A stretch of 64,000 bases of DNA from Spirochaetota bacterium (GCA_050298055.1 JBNKTL010000003.1:32001-96000); one strand, 5' to 3'; shown: positions 1 to 10,501, counted from the stretch's first letter. Translations and numbers: made by a program. The notes: generated by a model from the sequence alone, not told the origin.

Positions 1-247
1 TAATTAATGTCAATAAGATTATAACGGGTCGAAAAAATTATCATTTTCAAGTGATCATTTTATTCCTTAGTTTGAGAGTAACCGCTGAGCCCGCGTAATT
101 TTGCACCAAAAAGATTCTCTTAATAGTTTGATATTCCGGCAGTTAACCAATCATGATAAGTTAAAAATCACGCAGTCGAAGTATTAGAATACTCATATTA
201 AAAAAAGTTAACTTTTTTCTAATACAAGGGAAAACAGTTGAAGCTTC

Positions 248-1054
248 TTATTCCCTTTTAAATGCAGCGGGATAAGATGAAAGCGCGGGATTATATGAGA
301 CCTGAGAAAGATAGAGACCATATGCCGGGGCTGTTTTCCCGCTGCAGTCTCTGTCCTTTTTTTCCAGAATCTGCTTTATATAGGAAGGGTCCCTTCCTTC
401 CCTGTACATCTCGACAATTGTACCGACGATGATTCTTATCATATTATGGAGAAAGGCATTACCGGAGATCTTAAAACTGATGAGGTCAAATTTACGATCA
501 ATCTTAATAGTGCTGATTGCTCTTACCGTATTTTCTTCAGCTGAAATTTTTTTACAGAAAGATTTAAAATCATATTCACCCACCAGGTTTTGGGCTGTCT
601 TCCGCATATAATCAATATCGATATTCGAATTTAACCACATTGCCCGGTACCTCATAAAGGGTGTCCTTTGAGGATGGTTATAAATAAGATAAAGATATTC
701 CCTCTCAACAGCCGAAAACCGCGCGTCAAATGACGAATCAACTTCAAAAGCATTTTTAATGGATATATCGTGAGGAAAAATTCCGTTTAATCCGAGACAG
801 ATCCTGTCAAGGGTCACATTACTCCCTGTATCAAAATGTATGACCTGCCCCAGTGCATGAACACCGGAATCGGTCCTGCCCGAGGCCTTTATCCGAATTT
901 TCTCTCTGAGAAGTACTTTAAGCCCGTTTTCAATCTCCTGTTGAACAGTCCTGCCGTTATCCTGTATCTGAAATCCATTAAAATCCGTACCGTCATACTG
1001 AACAAGGAGCGCTATTCGTCTCCCGTTTCCTTCCCTTCTCCTTCCTCTGTCCAT
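248..1054 (-). CDS. truA: tRNA pseudouridine(38-40) synthase TruA
   Basis: Motifs YDGTDFNGFQIQ, ASGRTDSGVHA (catalytic Asp), FLHNMIR, TAPAYGLYL. Start uncertain because it overlaps the upstream gene by 43 nt. Confidence 0.96.
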   Translation of the reverse strand: MDRGRRREGNGRRIALLVQYDGTDFNGFQIQDNGRTVQQEIENGLKVLLREKIRIKASGRTDSGVHALGQVIHFDTGSNVTLDRICLGLNGIFPHDISIKNAFEVDSSFDARFSAVEREYLYLIYNHPQRTPFMRYRAMWLNSNIDIDYMRKTAQNLVGEYDFKSFCKKISAEENTVRAISTIKIDRKFDLISFKISGNAFLHNMIRIIVGTIVEMYREGRDPSYIKQILEKKDRDCSGKTAPAYGLYLSQVSYNPALSSYPAAFKRE

Positions 1055-1908
1055 TTTTCAAGCATCTCATTAATTTTATCATAAAGGTCTCTTGTTTTAT
1101 CAAGAAGCTCAGTTGGCCTGGTCTTTGAAGTCTTCCCAATACCGAACAGTCTGCTCAGATACCTTTTACTTTTTTCAAAGTTTTCAATCCTCTTTTTCAT
1201 ATCAGGATCTTTTGATCCGATCTTAATGGTAAGTATTGCAGTGATATAGAGAATCCCGTCATACCCCCAGTTCTTATCGGAATCAGGACCCATATTCCCT
1301 GCAGCATCAGCAGGCTCACCACCGCTCTGAACAAGGTCTACAACTTTTAAATAGAACTGGTATGCCTTCTTATAAAAAAAGATAGATATCTTTTTATAAG
1401 GCTTATCCGGAACCTCTAATGCAAGGTCGTGAAAAAGCCATGCAGCCCTGATTGATGAAACTGCGTTTTTAAATGTTGGCGCGACCTTTCTGTTCCTTGT
1501 ACTGTAGCAGTCAACAGAAAGCATAAAGGAAGCCGCCCCGAGACGGAGGTCCCTGTCCCCGTTAAAATCGAGCCTGCCAAAAAATTTGCTTACAGCACTT
1601 TTCCGGGCGGGAGTGAGTTCCTTCAGCTTATCTATTTCCTCCGCCAGCAGAGTGTCAAAGTCTTTCGGATAAGCAGCATAGAGGCATCCGGGACAGACAG
1701 TAACAAGATATGCCAGGGGATATATTTTCCCGTATTTTTTGCTCTCCTGGTACTCTCTTCTCAGTTCATCGGTGAGTTTTCCCGCTATTAAACGGCCACC
1801 TCCGGAAAAAAGTTCTTCCCTGAAAAATTCGGTAGAACATACAGGACAGACTGTTGAATTTTTATGCCTGAAGGAAACTTTTCTTTTCCCTTCTGCCTTT
1901 TCTTCCAT
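1012..1908 (-). CDS. DUF2225-family protein (two CxxC motifs plus helical domain)
   Basis: CPVC and VCPGCLYAA motifs, IRAAW motif; sits next to truA, as recalled for spirochaetes. Confidence 0.75.
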   Translation of the reverse strand: MEEKAEGKRKVSFRHKNSTVCPVCSTEFFREELFSGGGRLIAGKLTDELRREYQESKKYGKIYPLAYLVTVCPGCLYAAYPKDFDTLLAEEIDKLKELTPARKSAVSKFFGRLDFNGDRDLRLGAASFMLSVDCYSTRNRKVAPTFKNAVSSIRAAWLFHDLALEVPDKPYKKISIFFYKKAYQFYLKVVDLVQSGGEPADAAGNMGPDSDKNWGYDGILYITAILTIKIGSKDPDMKKRIENFEKSKRYLSRLFGIGKTSKTRPTELLDKTRDLYDKINEMLEKWTEEGEGKETGDE

Positions 1909-2179
1909 ATCAAACTCCGTATATATTGATCGTTAGAAGCAACTGCCAGCCAAGAGTGTCAGATATTTCCCTGAATATTATCCAAAGTTATCGCAACCAT
2001 ACAGTTACCGTAATATTGAACAAGACTTTATCAAACTAAAAAATAATTCAATAATCTTTTTTATTTTAAGATTATTATTTGATAAAGATCCTTAAATTTA
2101 CCGATAATTAAGTAAAGAAACCTCAATGAATTTATTTTGAGGTTCCCGTAAGATAACAGTTTTAAAACGAGGCTTAAAA

Positions 2180-3049
2180 ATGGGTAGAAGAAAATTATTG
2201 ACCCTTATCATATTTTTCTCATTTATTTTCACTACTGGTAATCTCTATTCTGTCTCTACGTATGAAAAAACCAGGATGCAGTACCGATTTATTCTTTCCA
2301 CACTGAGGCAGCTGGACACAATGGTAAAAAACTTTCCCGGAGACGGTATGAAAGAAAATTTTACTGAAATTAAGAAGAAATTTCAGTTTGCGGGAGAAGA
2401 ATATTTTGGCAGGAATTACACCTCTTCTTACGAAAAGTTTAAGACCATAAACATGGACCTTGGGAAAATACTCGAAAAACTCAGCCGGAAATATCTGGAC
2501 AGGGCAAAGGCAATACTTGACTCAACTTCGAAGGAGTCCTTTGACATACTCATAGAGTTTGGAAGAGACAGTGCATATATTCCCTATTTCAGAAAACCTT
2601 TTGATCCCCTGAGAGGTGTGAAACCCTATAATGAAAATTTCACCGCACGTGATTTTCACCTCTTCTTTCACAGGGAGATGATAAGCAGTTATATCGAATT
2701 GGGGTATAAAAACTATCATCGAGCAAACAATATGTTCAAGGACCAGGACCTCGATTACCTCAAAAAGAAGAAAGCAAAAACAATCAAAATCCTGAATTTC
2801 ATTGTACAACGATATATGGATATAATCCAGGTATGCAGGGACGCCAAACAGTACGGAATAGAGATACACAAACTCAGAAAAATTCACCAGTTTGGTGATA
2901 TTCTGACTAAATACAATCTTACAAGCAGAACACTTTCATCTATCTTTGATGACAGGATCCCTGAGGAGTATAAGGTAGATGCCATTGATAATGAAAAACT
3001 GCTCTTCCCTGTTGAAAAGGAAAAGTTCAAAAAAAATACCGGTAAATAA
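2180..3049 (+). CDS. Secreted hypothetical helical protein
   Basis: 289-aa ORF with GAGG SD and an N-terminal signal peptide (MGRRKLLTLIIFFSFIFTTGNLYS). Confidence 0.75.
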   Translation: MGRRKLLTLIIFFSFIFTTGNLYSVSTYEKTRMQYRFILSTLRQLDTMVKNFPGDGMKENFTEIKKKFQFAGEEYFGRNYTSSYEKFKTINMDLGKILEKLSRKYLDRAKAILDSTSKESFDILIEFGRDSAYIPYFRKPFDPLRGVKPYNENFTARDFHLFFHREMISSYIELGYKNYHRANNMFKDQDLDYLKKKKAKTIKILNFIVQRYMDIIQVCRDAKQYGIEIHKLRKIHQFGDILTKYNLTSRTLSSIFDDRIPEEYKVDAIDNEKLLFPVEKEKFKKNTGK

Positions 3050-3065
3050 AATATACCGGTATTTT
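3033..3065. terminator. Bidirectional intrinsic terminator between the 2180 gene and rplQ
   Basis: Inverted repeat AAAATACCGGTA...TACCGGTATTTT between convergent genes. Confidence 0.65.
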
Positions 3066-3089
3066 AATCATTTTATGTAAATTCAAAAA

Positions 3090-3626
3090 TTATTTCTCTT
3101 CTTTCTTATCCTTTGACTTCTTTAAGCCGAAACCTTTCTTTTTTTCAGTTTTCTTTTCATCTGCTTTTTTCTCTTCGGTTTTTTTCCTGGCTTTCTTCTC
3201 GTTATCTTTGTCTTTCTTCTTTTCCTTTTCCGGTGCAACAACCCTGTCCACAAGTTCAACAATGGCCATCTCGGCAGCATCACCGGGCCTTCGACCAAGG
3301 AGATACAACCTGGTATATCCTCCATTTCTCTCTTTGAACCGGGGAGCTATATTTTCAAACAGTTTTTTTATTATGCCTCTGTCTTTAACAAGCTTCATAA
3401 CTTCTCTCTTGTTATGAAGAATCTTCTCCTTATCATTTTCCGTAAGCTCCAGGTTCTTTTTTGCCCGGGTAATGATTTTCTCCGATATCTTTTTCAGTTC
3501 TTTGCCTTTCTGCTTGGTTGTTACAATCCTTTCATGCTGGAACAGGGATGTAACCATATTGCCCATCATCGCCTTCCTGTGGGCATAGCTGCGATTCAAC
3601 TGTTTTACGCTGTTTTTGTGTCTCAT
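3090..3626 (-). CDS. rplQ: 50S ribosomal protein L17 with Lys-rich C-terminal tail
   Basis: MRHK...HERIVTT...RNGGYTR motif; follows rpoA. Confidence 0.98.
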   Translation of the reverse strand: MRHKNSVKQLNRSYAHRKAMMGNMVTSLFQHERIVTTKQKGKELKKISEKIITRAKKNLELTENDKEKILHNKREVMKLVKDRGIIKKLFENIAPRFKERNGGYTRLYLLGRRPGDAAEMAIVELVDRVVAPEKEKKKDKDNEKKARKKTEEKKADEKKTEKKKGFGLKKSKDKKEEK

Positions 3627-3636
3627 TTCCGCCTCG

Positions 3637-4602
3637 TTATTCCTTTAATCCCAGACTGAGATGTAAAGCTTCAAGCTTGGTTTTAATCTCTTTTAAGATA
3701 GTATCACTGAAGTGCTTTGACTTTCTAATTTCATCCTCGGTCTTTTTTACAAGCTGTTCAAGTGTTGAAATATCGAGACTCTTGAGTGTGTTGTAAGCCC
3801 TTACGGAGAACTCAATCTCATCAATTGATTTTCCCAGAAGCACTCTCATCTTCTCAATATTTTCATCTACAACTTCGACTTCCTCCTCAACTTCTTCCTC
3901 GAAGTTGATAAATATTGTCATGTGGTCCTTTATGATCTTTGCCGCATATGCCAGTGAATTATCAGGTGTAATGGAACCGTCTGTCCATATCTCAATAATA
4001 AGTTTATCATAGTCGGTCCTTTGACCAACACGGGTATCTTCCACCTTAATATTAACTTTCTTCACAGGTGAGAAAATTGAATCTATAGGAATAACCCCGA
4101 TTGTTTCGGTTGAAGATTTGTTCATCTCCGCGGGGACATACCCTCTTCCCTTTTCAACCTGGACTTCCATATCCAGAGAACCGTCTTCATTGAGTGTAGC
4201 AATTTTCAGGTCTTTATTCATTACTTCAATGTCCGGATCAACATCAAAATCACCGCCTATAAGATCTCCCGGACCATCTTTTACAATGTGAAGAACTTTG
4301 GGCATCTCACCTTCATATTTGAACCGAAGTTTTTTCAGGTTGAGGATAATCCTGGCAACATCCTCATAGACTCCTTCTATGGAATGAAATTCATGGGGGA
4401 CACCCTCAATTTTTATTGCTGTTATAGCAGTTCCCTCAATTGAAGAGAGAAGAACTCTTCTTATTGAGTTTCCTATTGTAAGGCCATAACCTTTCTCAAA
4501 CGGTTCAGCAATAAACCTGCCGTAATTCTGCTGAAGTTCGTCATGTTCAAGTTTTATTTTACTTGGTCTTTTAAAGCCCTTTAAAAGATTTTTTGGGGCC
4601 AT
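3637..4602 (-). CDS. rpoA: RNA polymerase alpha subunit
   Basis: EPFEKGYGLTIGNSIRRVLLSSIEG, RVGQRTDYDKL. Confidence 0.99.
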   Translation of the reverse strand: MAPKNLLKGFKRPSKIKLEHDELQQNYGRFIAEPFEKGYGLTIGNSIRRVLLSSIEGTAITAIKIEGVPHEFHSIEGVYEDVARIILNLKKLRFKYEGEMPKVLHIVKDGPGDLIGGDFDVDPDIEVMNKDLKIATLNEDGSLDMEVQVEKGRGYVPAEMNKSSTETIGVIPIDSIFSPVKKVNIKVEDTRVGQRTDYDKLIIEIWTDGSITPDNSLAYAAKIIKDHMTIFINFEEEVEEEVEVVDENIEKMRVLLGKSIDEIEFSVRAYNTLKSLDISTLEQLVKKTEDEIRKSKHFSDTILKEIKTKLEALHLSLGLKE

Positions 4603-4663
4603 TGTTACCTCCGTTGGTCTATAAGACGATAAACAATATCAAATATTTAACAGATACTAACTA

Positions 4664-5296
4664 CTACTTGGAATACAACTCAACAACAAGCTGTTCATTA
4701 AAATTGGCCACTATATCACTTCTGATAGGCAACCGGGTGACTTTTCCCTGCCTGTTCTCAAAATCAACTTCAACCCATTCAGGTACTGAATCCACTGCCT
4801 TTGCCAGCTTGATTGAGTCTTCTATGGATACGTTTTCCTTAAACCTTTCCCGCAGGCTAACTTCTGTCCCTTCCTTGACCCTGAATGACGATCTGTCCAC
4901 AACATGTCCGTTAACAACTATATGCTTATGCTGAATCATCTGCCTGGCCTGCATTCTTGATGAAGCAAATCCCATTCTAAATACAACATTGTCCAGTCTT
5001 CTCTCCAGGAGTGAAAGCAGGTTATCGCCGGTTACGCCTCCCATCCTTGATGCAGTTGTGAACATGTTTTTAAACTGCTTTTCAAGGAGACCATAGCTTC
5101 TCCTGATCTTCTGTTTCTCTCTGAGCTGGATAGCATAATCTGACATTTTGCTTCTTCTCTTCCGGGGAGGCCCGGGAGGATATTTCTTCTTTCCCTTTAT
5201 AGGACATTTATCAGTAAGACATCTCTGACCCTTCAGCATCAGGGCTGTCATTTCTCTCCTGCATAATTTACACTTTGGTCCGGTATACTTAGCCAT
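4664..5296 (-). CDS. rpsD: 30S ribosomal protein S4 (Zn-binding type)
   Basis: YTGPKCKLCRRE, LERRLDNVVFRMG, VVELYSK. Confidence 0.99.
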   Translation of the reverse strand: MAKYTGPKCKLCRREMTALMLKGQRCLTDKCPIKGKKKYPPGPPRKRRSKMSDYAIQLREKQKIRRSYGLLEKQFKNMFTTASRMGGVTGDNLLSLLERRLDNVVFRMGFASSRMQARQMIQHKHIVVNGHVVDRSSFRVKEGTEVSLRERFKENVSIEDSIKLAKAVDSVPEWVEVDFENRQGKVTRLPIRSDIVANFNEQLVVELYSK

Positions 5297-5311
5297 AATT
5301 ATAATACTCCG

Positions 5312-5698
5312 TTATACTCTTCTTCTCTTTTTGGGCCTGCAACCATTATGAGGGACCGGTGTTACATCCTTGATTTTTGTTATATCAAGACCACTCTGGA
5401 AAAGAGACCGTATTGCGGCTTCCCTTCCTATCCCGGGACCCTTTACAAACACCTCAACGGTTTTTAGTCCGGCACTTTCAATAGCATTTGTCGCCGCTGT
5501 TTTTGCAGCCATCTGGGCGGCAAACGGGGTCGATTTCCTCGATCCTTTAAATCCTTCACCTCCGGCAGTTGCCCACGAAATAACATTTCCCTGCATATCT
5601 GTGAGAGTAATAATAGTATTGTTATAGGTAGCTTTGATAAATGCTTTACCAATAGGAATATTCTTCTTTTCCTTTTTTCTTCCTTTCTTCTGTTTCAA
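5312..5698 (-). CDS. rpsK: 30S ribosomal protein S11
   Basis: [23 protein letters not shown]. Confidence 0.99.
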   Translation of the reverse strand: MKQKKGRKKEKKNIPIGKAFIKATYNNTIITLTDMQGNVISWATAGGEGFKGSRKSTPFAAQMAAKTAATNAIESAGLKTVEVFVKGPGIGREAAIRSLFQSGLDITKIKDVTPVPHNGCRPKKRRRV

Positions 5699-5715
5699 GA
5701 TATTACTCCTTCCTG

Positions 5716-6087
5716 TTATTTCTTCTTTTTGCCCACGGCAATTCTTCTATTACCTTTTCTCGTTCTGGCATTGTTCTTGGTGTTCTGTCCTCTCACGGGC
5801 AGTCCCCTCCTATGCCTGATGCCCCTGTAACATCCTATATCCATGAGCCTTTTTATGTTCATAGCCACGTCAGTTCTCAGTTCACCTTCAACCTTGAGGT
5901 CACTTTCGATAGTCTTTCTCAACAGACTGATCTCCTCATCAGTGAGATCCTTCACCCTGGTTGACGGATTGACTTTTGATTCAACAACAACTTTTTTCGC
6001 TGTTGTGCGACCAATCCCATAGATATAAGTAAGAGCAATTTCTACTCTTTTATTAGCCGGTAAATCTACACCTGCAATTCGTGCCAT
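5716..6087 (-). CDS. rpsM: 30S ribosomal protein S13
   Basis: [20 protein letters not shown]. Confidence 0.99.
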   Translation of the reverse strand: MARIAGVDLPANKRVEIALTYIYGIGRTTAKKVVVESKVNPSTRVKDLTDEEISLLRKTIESDLKVEGELRTDVAMNIKRLMDIGCYRGIRHRRGLPVRGQNTKNNARTRKGNRRIAVGKKKK

Positions 6088-6101
6088 ACGTCCCTCTGCT
6101 A

Positions 6102-6233
6102 TTATTTATTTGGTGTTCTGACTTTTTGTCTCTGCTTATGCCTCGGGTTCTTGCAGATTACTCTCAGAACCCCGTAACGTCTAATGACCTTACAATCACT
6201 GCATATTTTCTTTACGGATACCCTGACCTTCAT
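6102..6233 (-). CDS. rpmJ: 50S ribosomal protein L36 (43 aa, Zn-binding; absent from ORF track)
   Basis: Translated by hand: [49 protein letters not shown]; lies between infA and rpsM. Confidence 0.97.
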   Translation of the reverse strand: MKVRVSVKKICSDCKVIRRYGVLRVICKNPRHKQRQKVRTPNK

Positions 6234-6307
6234 TTCAACTACCTCATTAATTCCTGTTACGTCTTTTATTTATCCTTAATACATTTCAACAACAGATACT
6301 CAATGTG

Positions 6308-6526
6308 TCATTTTGACCTGTAAGTAATCCTTCCCCTGTTCAGGTCATAGGGGGAAAGCTCAACTGTTACCCTGTCGCCGGCAAGTATTCTTATATAGTG
6401 CATTCTCATCTTGCCTGAAATATGAGCAAGAACAACATGCCCGTTATCCAGTTTAACTTTAAACTGCGCATTGGGCAGCGGTTCAAGGACTACGCCTTCG
6501 GCTTCTATCGGTTCTTCTTTCGCCAT
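6308..6526 (-). CDS. infA: Translation initiation factor IF-1
   Basis: [32 protein letters not shown]. Confidence 0.99.
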   Translation of the reverse strand: MAKEEPIEAEGVVLEPLPNAQFKVKLDNGHVVLAHISGKMRMHYIRILAGDRVTVELSPYDLNRGRITYRSK

Positions 6527-6563
6527 TATTAATCTCTATTGAACTTTATTCTTAATCCAGTAA

Positions 6564-7901
6564 TTAGTTTCGTCCCTTCATGGGGGTTTTTTTCATAAAA
6601 CCTTCATAGTGCCTCATAATCAGCTGGGACTCAATCTGTTTCAGTGTATCAAGGGCCACACCTACTATAATCAACAGTGAGGTACCTCCGAAGAGGTAAG
6701 CCATTTCAGCCGACACCTGTTCAGGCCAAATTCTTATTATTATATCAGGAACAATGGCTATCAGGGCCAGGAAAACGGAACCCGAGAGAGTGATCCTGTT
6801 CAGTATCTTTGTTATATAATCAGTTGTATTCTGTCCCGGTCTTATCCCGGGGATAAATCCGCCGTATTTTTTCAGGTTATCCGATATTTCCGTGGGATTA
6901 AACCTGATTGCAGTATAAAAGAAACAGAAAAATATAATAAGAGCACTGTAAATCGCCATGTAAGGTATCTGTCCCGGTGAAAGCCAGTACCGTATCTTGT
7001 TCAGCCACTCATATGTGCTTCCCCCGATCATGTTTATCATCTGAGAAGGAAACATGATAAGCGCCGAAGCAAAGATAATAGGTATAACACCTGCGGCATT
7101 TACCTTCAGCGGAATATACTGCGAACTCTGCTGAGTGAGAGTACTTCCCACCTGTCTCTTCCCGTATTGTACCGGGATTCTCCTTGTCCCCAGGGTCAGG
7201 ATGATCGATGCCGCCACAACCATGAGAAATATTCCGATAAGGATAATCCCCACTATGGGCTCTCCCGTATCGCCTATCTTTTTCATAGTGGCCATAAACG
7301 CCTGGGGGACCCTGACTACGATACCCGCAAAGATCAGAAGTGATATTCCGTTTCCTATACCTCTTTCTGTGATAATCTCACCAAACCACATAAGTACCAT
7401 GGTTCCGGTGGTAATTGCCACTACAGATACAATGACAAAACCGATACCGGCACCCTCGGGAACAACTGTGGCCCCGCCGCTGGTCCTCATGGACTTCATC
7501 CAGGCAGTCAATGCTGTTGATTGGACAACACAGAGAAGGACTGTACCGTACTTTGTATACTGGCTCAGCTTTTTCTGGCCCTCGTGTCCTTCCTTGGAAA
7601 GCCTCTCAAGAAAGGGAAACACAACCTTTAAAAGATCAAGAATAATCGACGCTGAAATATAGGGCATAATACCCAGTGCGAATATGGTAAATCTCTTCAG
7701 CGCACCACCGGAAAAGAGGTCAAAAAAGTCCATAATACCTGAACTCTGGGCCTCGGAAAAATAGTTTTTAAGCGCGATCACATTGATACCGGGAATCGGT
7801 ATATGCGCCCCAATCCTGTAAACAATAAGGATAAAGAATGTAAACAGTATCCTGTTCCTGAGTTCAGTGACTTTAAATATATTTACAATGACACTGGCCA
7901 T
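6564..7901 (-). CDS. secY: Preprotein translocase SecY
   Basis: ALGIMPYISASI, GIGNGISLLIF, IPGIRPG, GGTSLLI. Confidence 0.99.
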   Translation of the reverse strand: MASVIVNIFKVTELRNRILFTFFILIVYRIGAHIPIPGINVIALKNYFSEAQSSGIMDFFDLFSGGALKRFTIFALGIMPYISASIILDLLKVVFPFLERLSKEGHEGQKKLSQYTKYGTVLLCVVQSTALTAWMKSMRTSGGATVVPEGAGIGFVIVSVVAITTGTMVLMWFGEIITERGIGNGISLLIFAGIVVRVPQAFMATMKKIGDTGEPIVGIILIGIFLMVVAASIILTLGTRRIPVQYGKRQVGSTLTQQSSQYIPLKVNAAGVIPIIFASALIMFPSQMINMIGGSTYEWLNKIRYWLSPGQIPYMAIYSALIIFFCFFYTAIRFNPTEISDNLKKYGGFIPGIRPGQNTTDYITKILNRITLSGSVFLALIAIVPDIIIRIWPEQVSAEMAYLFGGTSLLIIVGVALDTLKQIESQLIMRHYEGFMKKTPMKGRN

Positions 7902-7910
7902 TCAGTTACC

Positions 7911-8390
7911 TTAGCCTTTTGTTTCAGCTGCTGCAGCGGGTTTTTTCACAGGATGTTTTCGGACGATCGCCTCTCCGCCGGCTTTTTTTATCTTTTCAAT
8001 TGCCGATTGTGAAAATGAATCAGCATAAACCTTGAAAGCCTTACTGAGATCACCGTTACCCAGGACTTTGACCATCATGTCAGTCTTCTTAATAAGCCCG
8101 CTCTTCTTCAGAGCAGAGTGGTCGATATCTCCCGCCTGAAGTTTCTCAAGCTGAGATACATTGACAACCTGGCAATCACTTTTAAAAATATTGTTAAAAC
8201 CTCTTTTCGGAACACGCCTCTGGAGGGGCATCTGTCCCCCTTCAAACCACGATCTCTTTTTGCTTCCGGAACGGCTTAACTGCCCGTTCATGCCGCGTCC
8301 ACATGTTTTCCCTTTTCCGCTGCCGGGTCCGCATCCGACTCTTTTTCTTCTTTTTATCGACTCAGGTTTTTTTAGCTGGTACCTTTCCAT
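7911..8390 (-). CDS. rplO: 50S ribosomal protein L15
   Basis: FEGGQMPLQRRVPKRGF. Confidence 0.98.
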   Translation of the reverse strand: MERYQLKKPESIKRRKRVGCGPGSGKGKTCGRGMNGQLSRSGSKKRSWFEGGQMPLQRRVPKRGFNNIFKSDCQVVNVSQLEKLQAGDIDHSALKKSGLIKKTDMMVKVLGNGDLSKAFKVYADSFSQSAIEKIKKAGGEAIVRKHPVKKPAAAAETKG

Positions 8391-8401
8391 TTCAATTCTC
8401 T

Positions 8402-8626
8402 CTATTTACTTTTTTCTTCTGTCTTCTTGCTTTTTGCTTTAGTACTTGCTTCTTTAACTTCAACAAGGTGCTTCACTTTATCTATCATTCCCCTGATTAC
8501 AGGGTTATCATCATGTATCCTCACAGCATTTATTTTTCTTAAGCCCAGTGCCCTCATTGTAGCCCTCTGGTTCGGTTTGCTGCTGATAACGCTTTTAACC
8601 TGTTTTACCTGAATTTTTTTACTCAT
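8402..8626 (-). CDS. rpmD: 50S ribosomal protein L30
   Basis: ALGLRKIN...IRGMIDKVKHLV; lies between rpsE and rplO. Confidence 0.97.
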   Translation of the reverse strand: MSKKIQVKQVKSVISSKPNQRATMRALGLRKINAVRIHDDNPVIRGMIDKVKHLVEVKEASTKAKSKKTEEKSK

Positions 8627-8640
8627 GTTAAATTACCCGG

Positions 8641-9153
8641 TTATCCCCATAGTTTTGATAATGAAACGTCCCGAAGCCTTGATGCCTCCTCAAGGCTCCT
8701 CAGCTGAAGCAACCCGTCCATTGTTGCCTTTACCAGGTTCACGGGATTTCTTGAACCCTGTGATTTTGTCAGGACATCCGATATTCCCACTCTTTCGCAT
8801 ACTGCCCTTACTGAAGTTCCGGCAATGATCCCTGTTCCCGGAGCAGCAGGTTTAAGCATGACCCGGGCTGATTTATACCGTCCGATAACAAAGTGGGGAA
8901 TAGTTGATTTTTTCAGGTTTATCTTATAGACGTTCTTTTTGGCATCTTCCTTACTCTTGTCTATAGCATCGGGAACTTCATTTGCTTTTCCGAAACCAAC
9001 GCCAACATGCCCGTTTGCATCGCCAATTACCGCAAGGGCATTAAAAGAAAATCTTCTTCCACCCTTTACAACCTTGGCAACCCTGTTGATCTTTACTATC
9101 TTCTCAACAAGTTCAATGCCATCTGTGTTCGCTTTTTTTCTCAATAATTTCAT
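8641..9153 (-). CDS. rpsE: 30S ribosomal protein S5
   Basis: [27 protein letters not shown]. Confidence 0.99.
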   Translation of the reverse strand: MKLLRKKANTDGIELVEKIVKINRVAKVVKGGRRFSFNALAVIGDANGHVGVGFGKANEVPDAIDKSKEDAKKNVYKINLKKSTIPHFVIGRYKSARVMLKPAAPGTGIIAGTSVRAVCERVGISDVLTKSQGSRNPVNLVKATMDGLLQLRSLEEASRLRDVSLSKLWG

Positions 9154-9166
9154 CTGATAAAAACTC

Positions 9167-9532
9167 CTAAAATTTCAAACCGTTTTCCCGGGCAGCATCA
9201 GCAAATGCCTTTATCTTCCCGTGGTAGAGGTATCCGTTCCTGTCAAATACCACTTCGCTTATTCCCTTTTCGAGAGCTTTTTCGGCAATTGCCTTCCCGA
9301 GTTTTTTGGCAGCTTCGACATTTCCCCTGTTCTTCATCTCCTTAAAATCGGAAGACCGGGTAGATAATCCAACAAGAGTTTTTCCCTCAAGATCATCAAT
9401 GATCTGCGCATAAAAATTTTTATTGCTCCGGGAGATACAGAGTCTCCGCCTGTGTGTTTTGGGAACGATGCTCTTTTTAATTCTCAGCTTTCTTTTGCGA
9501 GTTCTGATTTTTTTGACTGATGCTTTATTCAT
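9167..9532 (-). CDS. rplR: 50S ribosomal protein L18
   Basis: [23 protein letters not shown]. Confidence 0.98.
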   Translation of the reverse strand: MNKASVKKIRTRKRKLRIKKSIVPKTHRRRLCISRSNKNFYAQIIDDLEGKTLVGLSTRSSDFKEMKNRGNVEAAKKLGKAIAEKALEKGISEVVFDRNGYLYHGKIKAFADAARENGLKF

Positions 9533-9534
9533 TT

Positions 9535-10080
9535 CTACTTACCTGCTTTACCGGCTTTTTTCCTGACATACTCATCTTTATACCTGATTCCTTTACCTTT
9601 GTAAGGTTCCGGCGGTCTCAGTTTTCTGATGTTGGCCGCGACCTGTCCAACCTGCTGCTTATTATAACCTTTAACTTTTACCTTGGTCTGATCAACAACT
9701 TCCAGGGTAATCCCTTCCGGCGCCTCAAAGATTATATCATGTGAATACCCCAGTTGGAATTGAATATTGGCATTCTGCTGGTTTGCCCTGTATCCTACAC
9801 CGATAATCTCCAGTTCCTTTTCAAAACCTGTGGTAACTCCCGTTACCATGTTGCTTATCAGTGACCTGAAAAGACCGTAATAACCGTTTATTGTCTTATC
9901 AGTGCTGTTTTCATCCTCTTTAAGGACCCTGATGCTCTTATCGTCTTTAACTGCATTAATACCATCAATCACTTCCAGGCTGTCTTCACCCAGAGGACCT
10001 TTTACAGATACAGTCTTCCCGTTGATTTCAACATTTACCTTATCAGGTATATCAATTGGTTTTTTTCCAATTCTCGACAT
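9535..10080 (-). CDS. rplF: 50S ribosomal protein L6
   Basis: MSRIGKKPI, RPPEPYKGKGIRY. Confidence 0.99.
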   Translation of the reverse strand: MSRIGKKPIDIPDKVNVEINGKTVSVKGPLGEDSLEVIDGINAVKDDKSIRVLKEDENSTDKTINGYYGLFRSLISNMVTGVTTGFEKELEIIGVGYRANQQNANIQFQLGYSHDIIFEAPEGITLEVVDQTKVKVKGYNKQQVGQVAANIRKLRPPEPYKGKGIRYKDEYVRKKAGKAGK

Positions 10081-10099
10081 AATATAACACTCTTACACT

Positions 10100-10501
10100 T
10101 TATGAAATTTCACATAATACTTCGCCGCCAACATTTAACTGTTTGGCAGCCTTATTCGTAATCAACCCCTTTGAAGTTGACAGGATCCGGATCCCGATAT
10201 TGTTTAAGACCGGCTTAAGGTCCTCGGACTTGATATAGATTCTTCTTCCGGGCTTGCTGATTCGTTTCAGATTCTGTATAGAAGGCTCATTAGCGCTGCT
10301 ATACTTTAAATATATTCTCAAAAGCTTCTGCCTGTTTGAATCGATAACTTTGAAATTCTTGATAAAACCCTCATCCTTGAGGATCTTGGTGATTCCCACC
10401 TTCATCTTGGATGACGGGATATCAACTTTAACATGACCTGCTTTTATAGCATTTCTGATTCTCGTAAGCATGTCAGCAATAGGATCGTTTATTCCGCTCA
10501 T
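10100..10501 (-). CDS. rpsH: 30S ribosomal protein S8
   Basis: DPIADMLTRIRNA, SKPGRRIY. Confidence 0.99.
   Translation of the reverse strand: MSGINDPIADMLTRIRNAIKAGHVKVDIPSSKMKVGITKILKDEGFIKNFKVIDSNRQKLLRIYLKYSSANEPSIQNLKRISKPGRRIYIKSEDLKPVLNNIGIRILSTSKGLITNKAAKQLNVGGEVLCEIS

Noticed and set aside
1939..2008. Further MITE remnants (GCAACTGCCAGC..CCATACAGTTAC here; GTAACCGCTGAGC near position 78)
   Set aside because: Only short partial end matches, no central hairpin and the wrong length.
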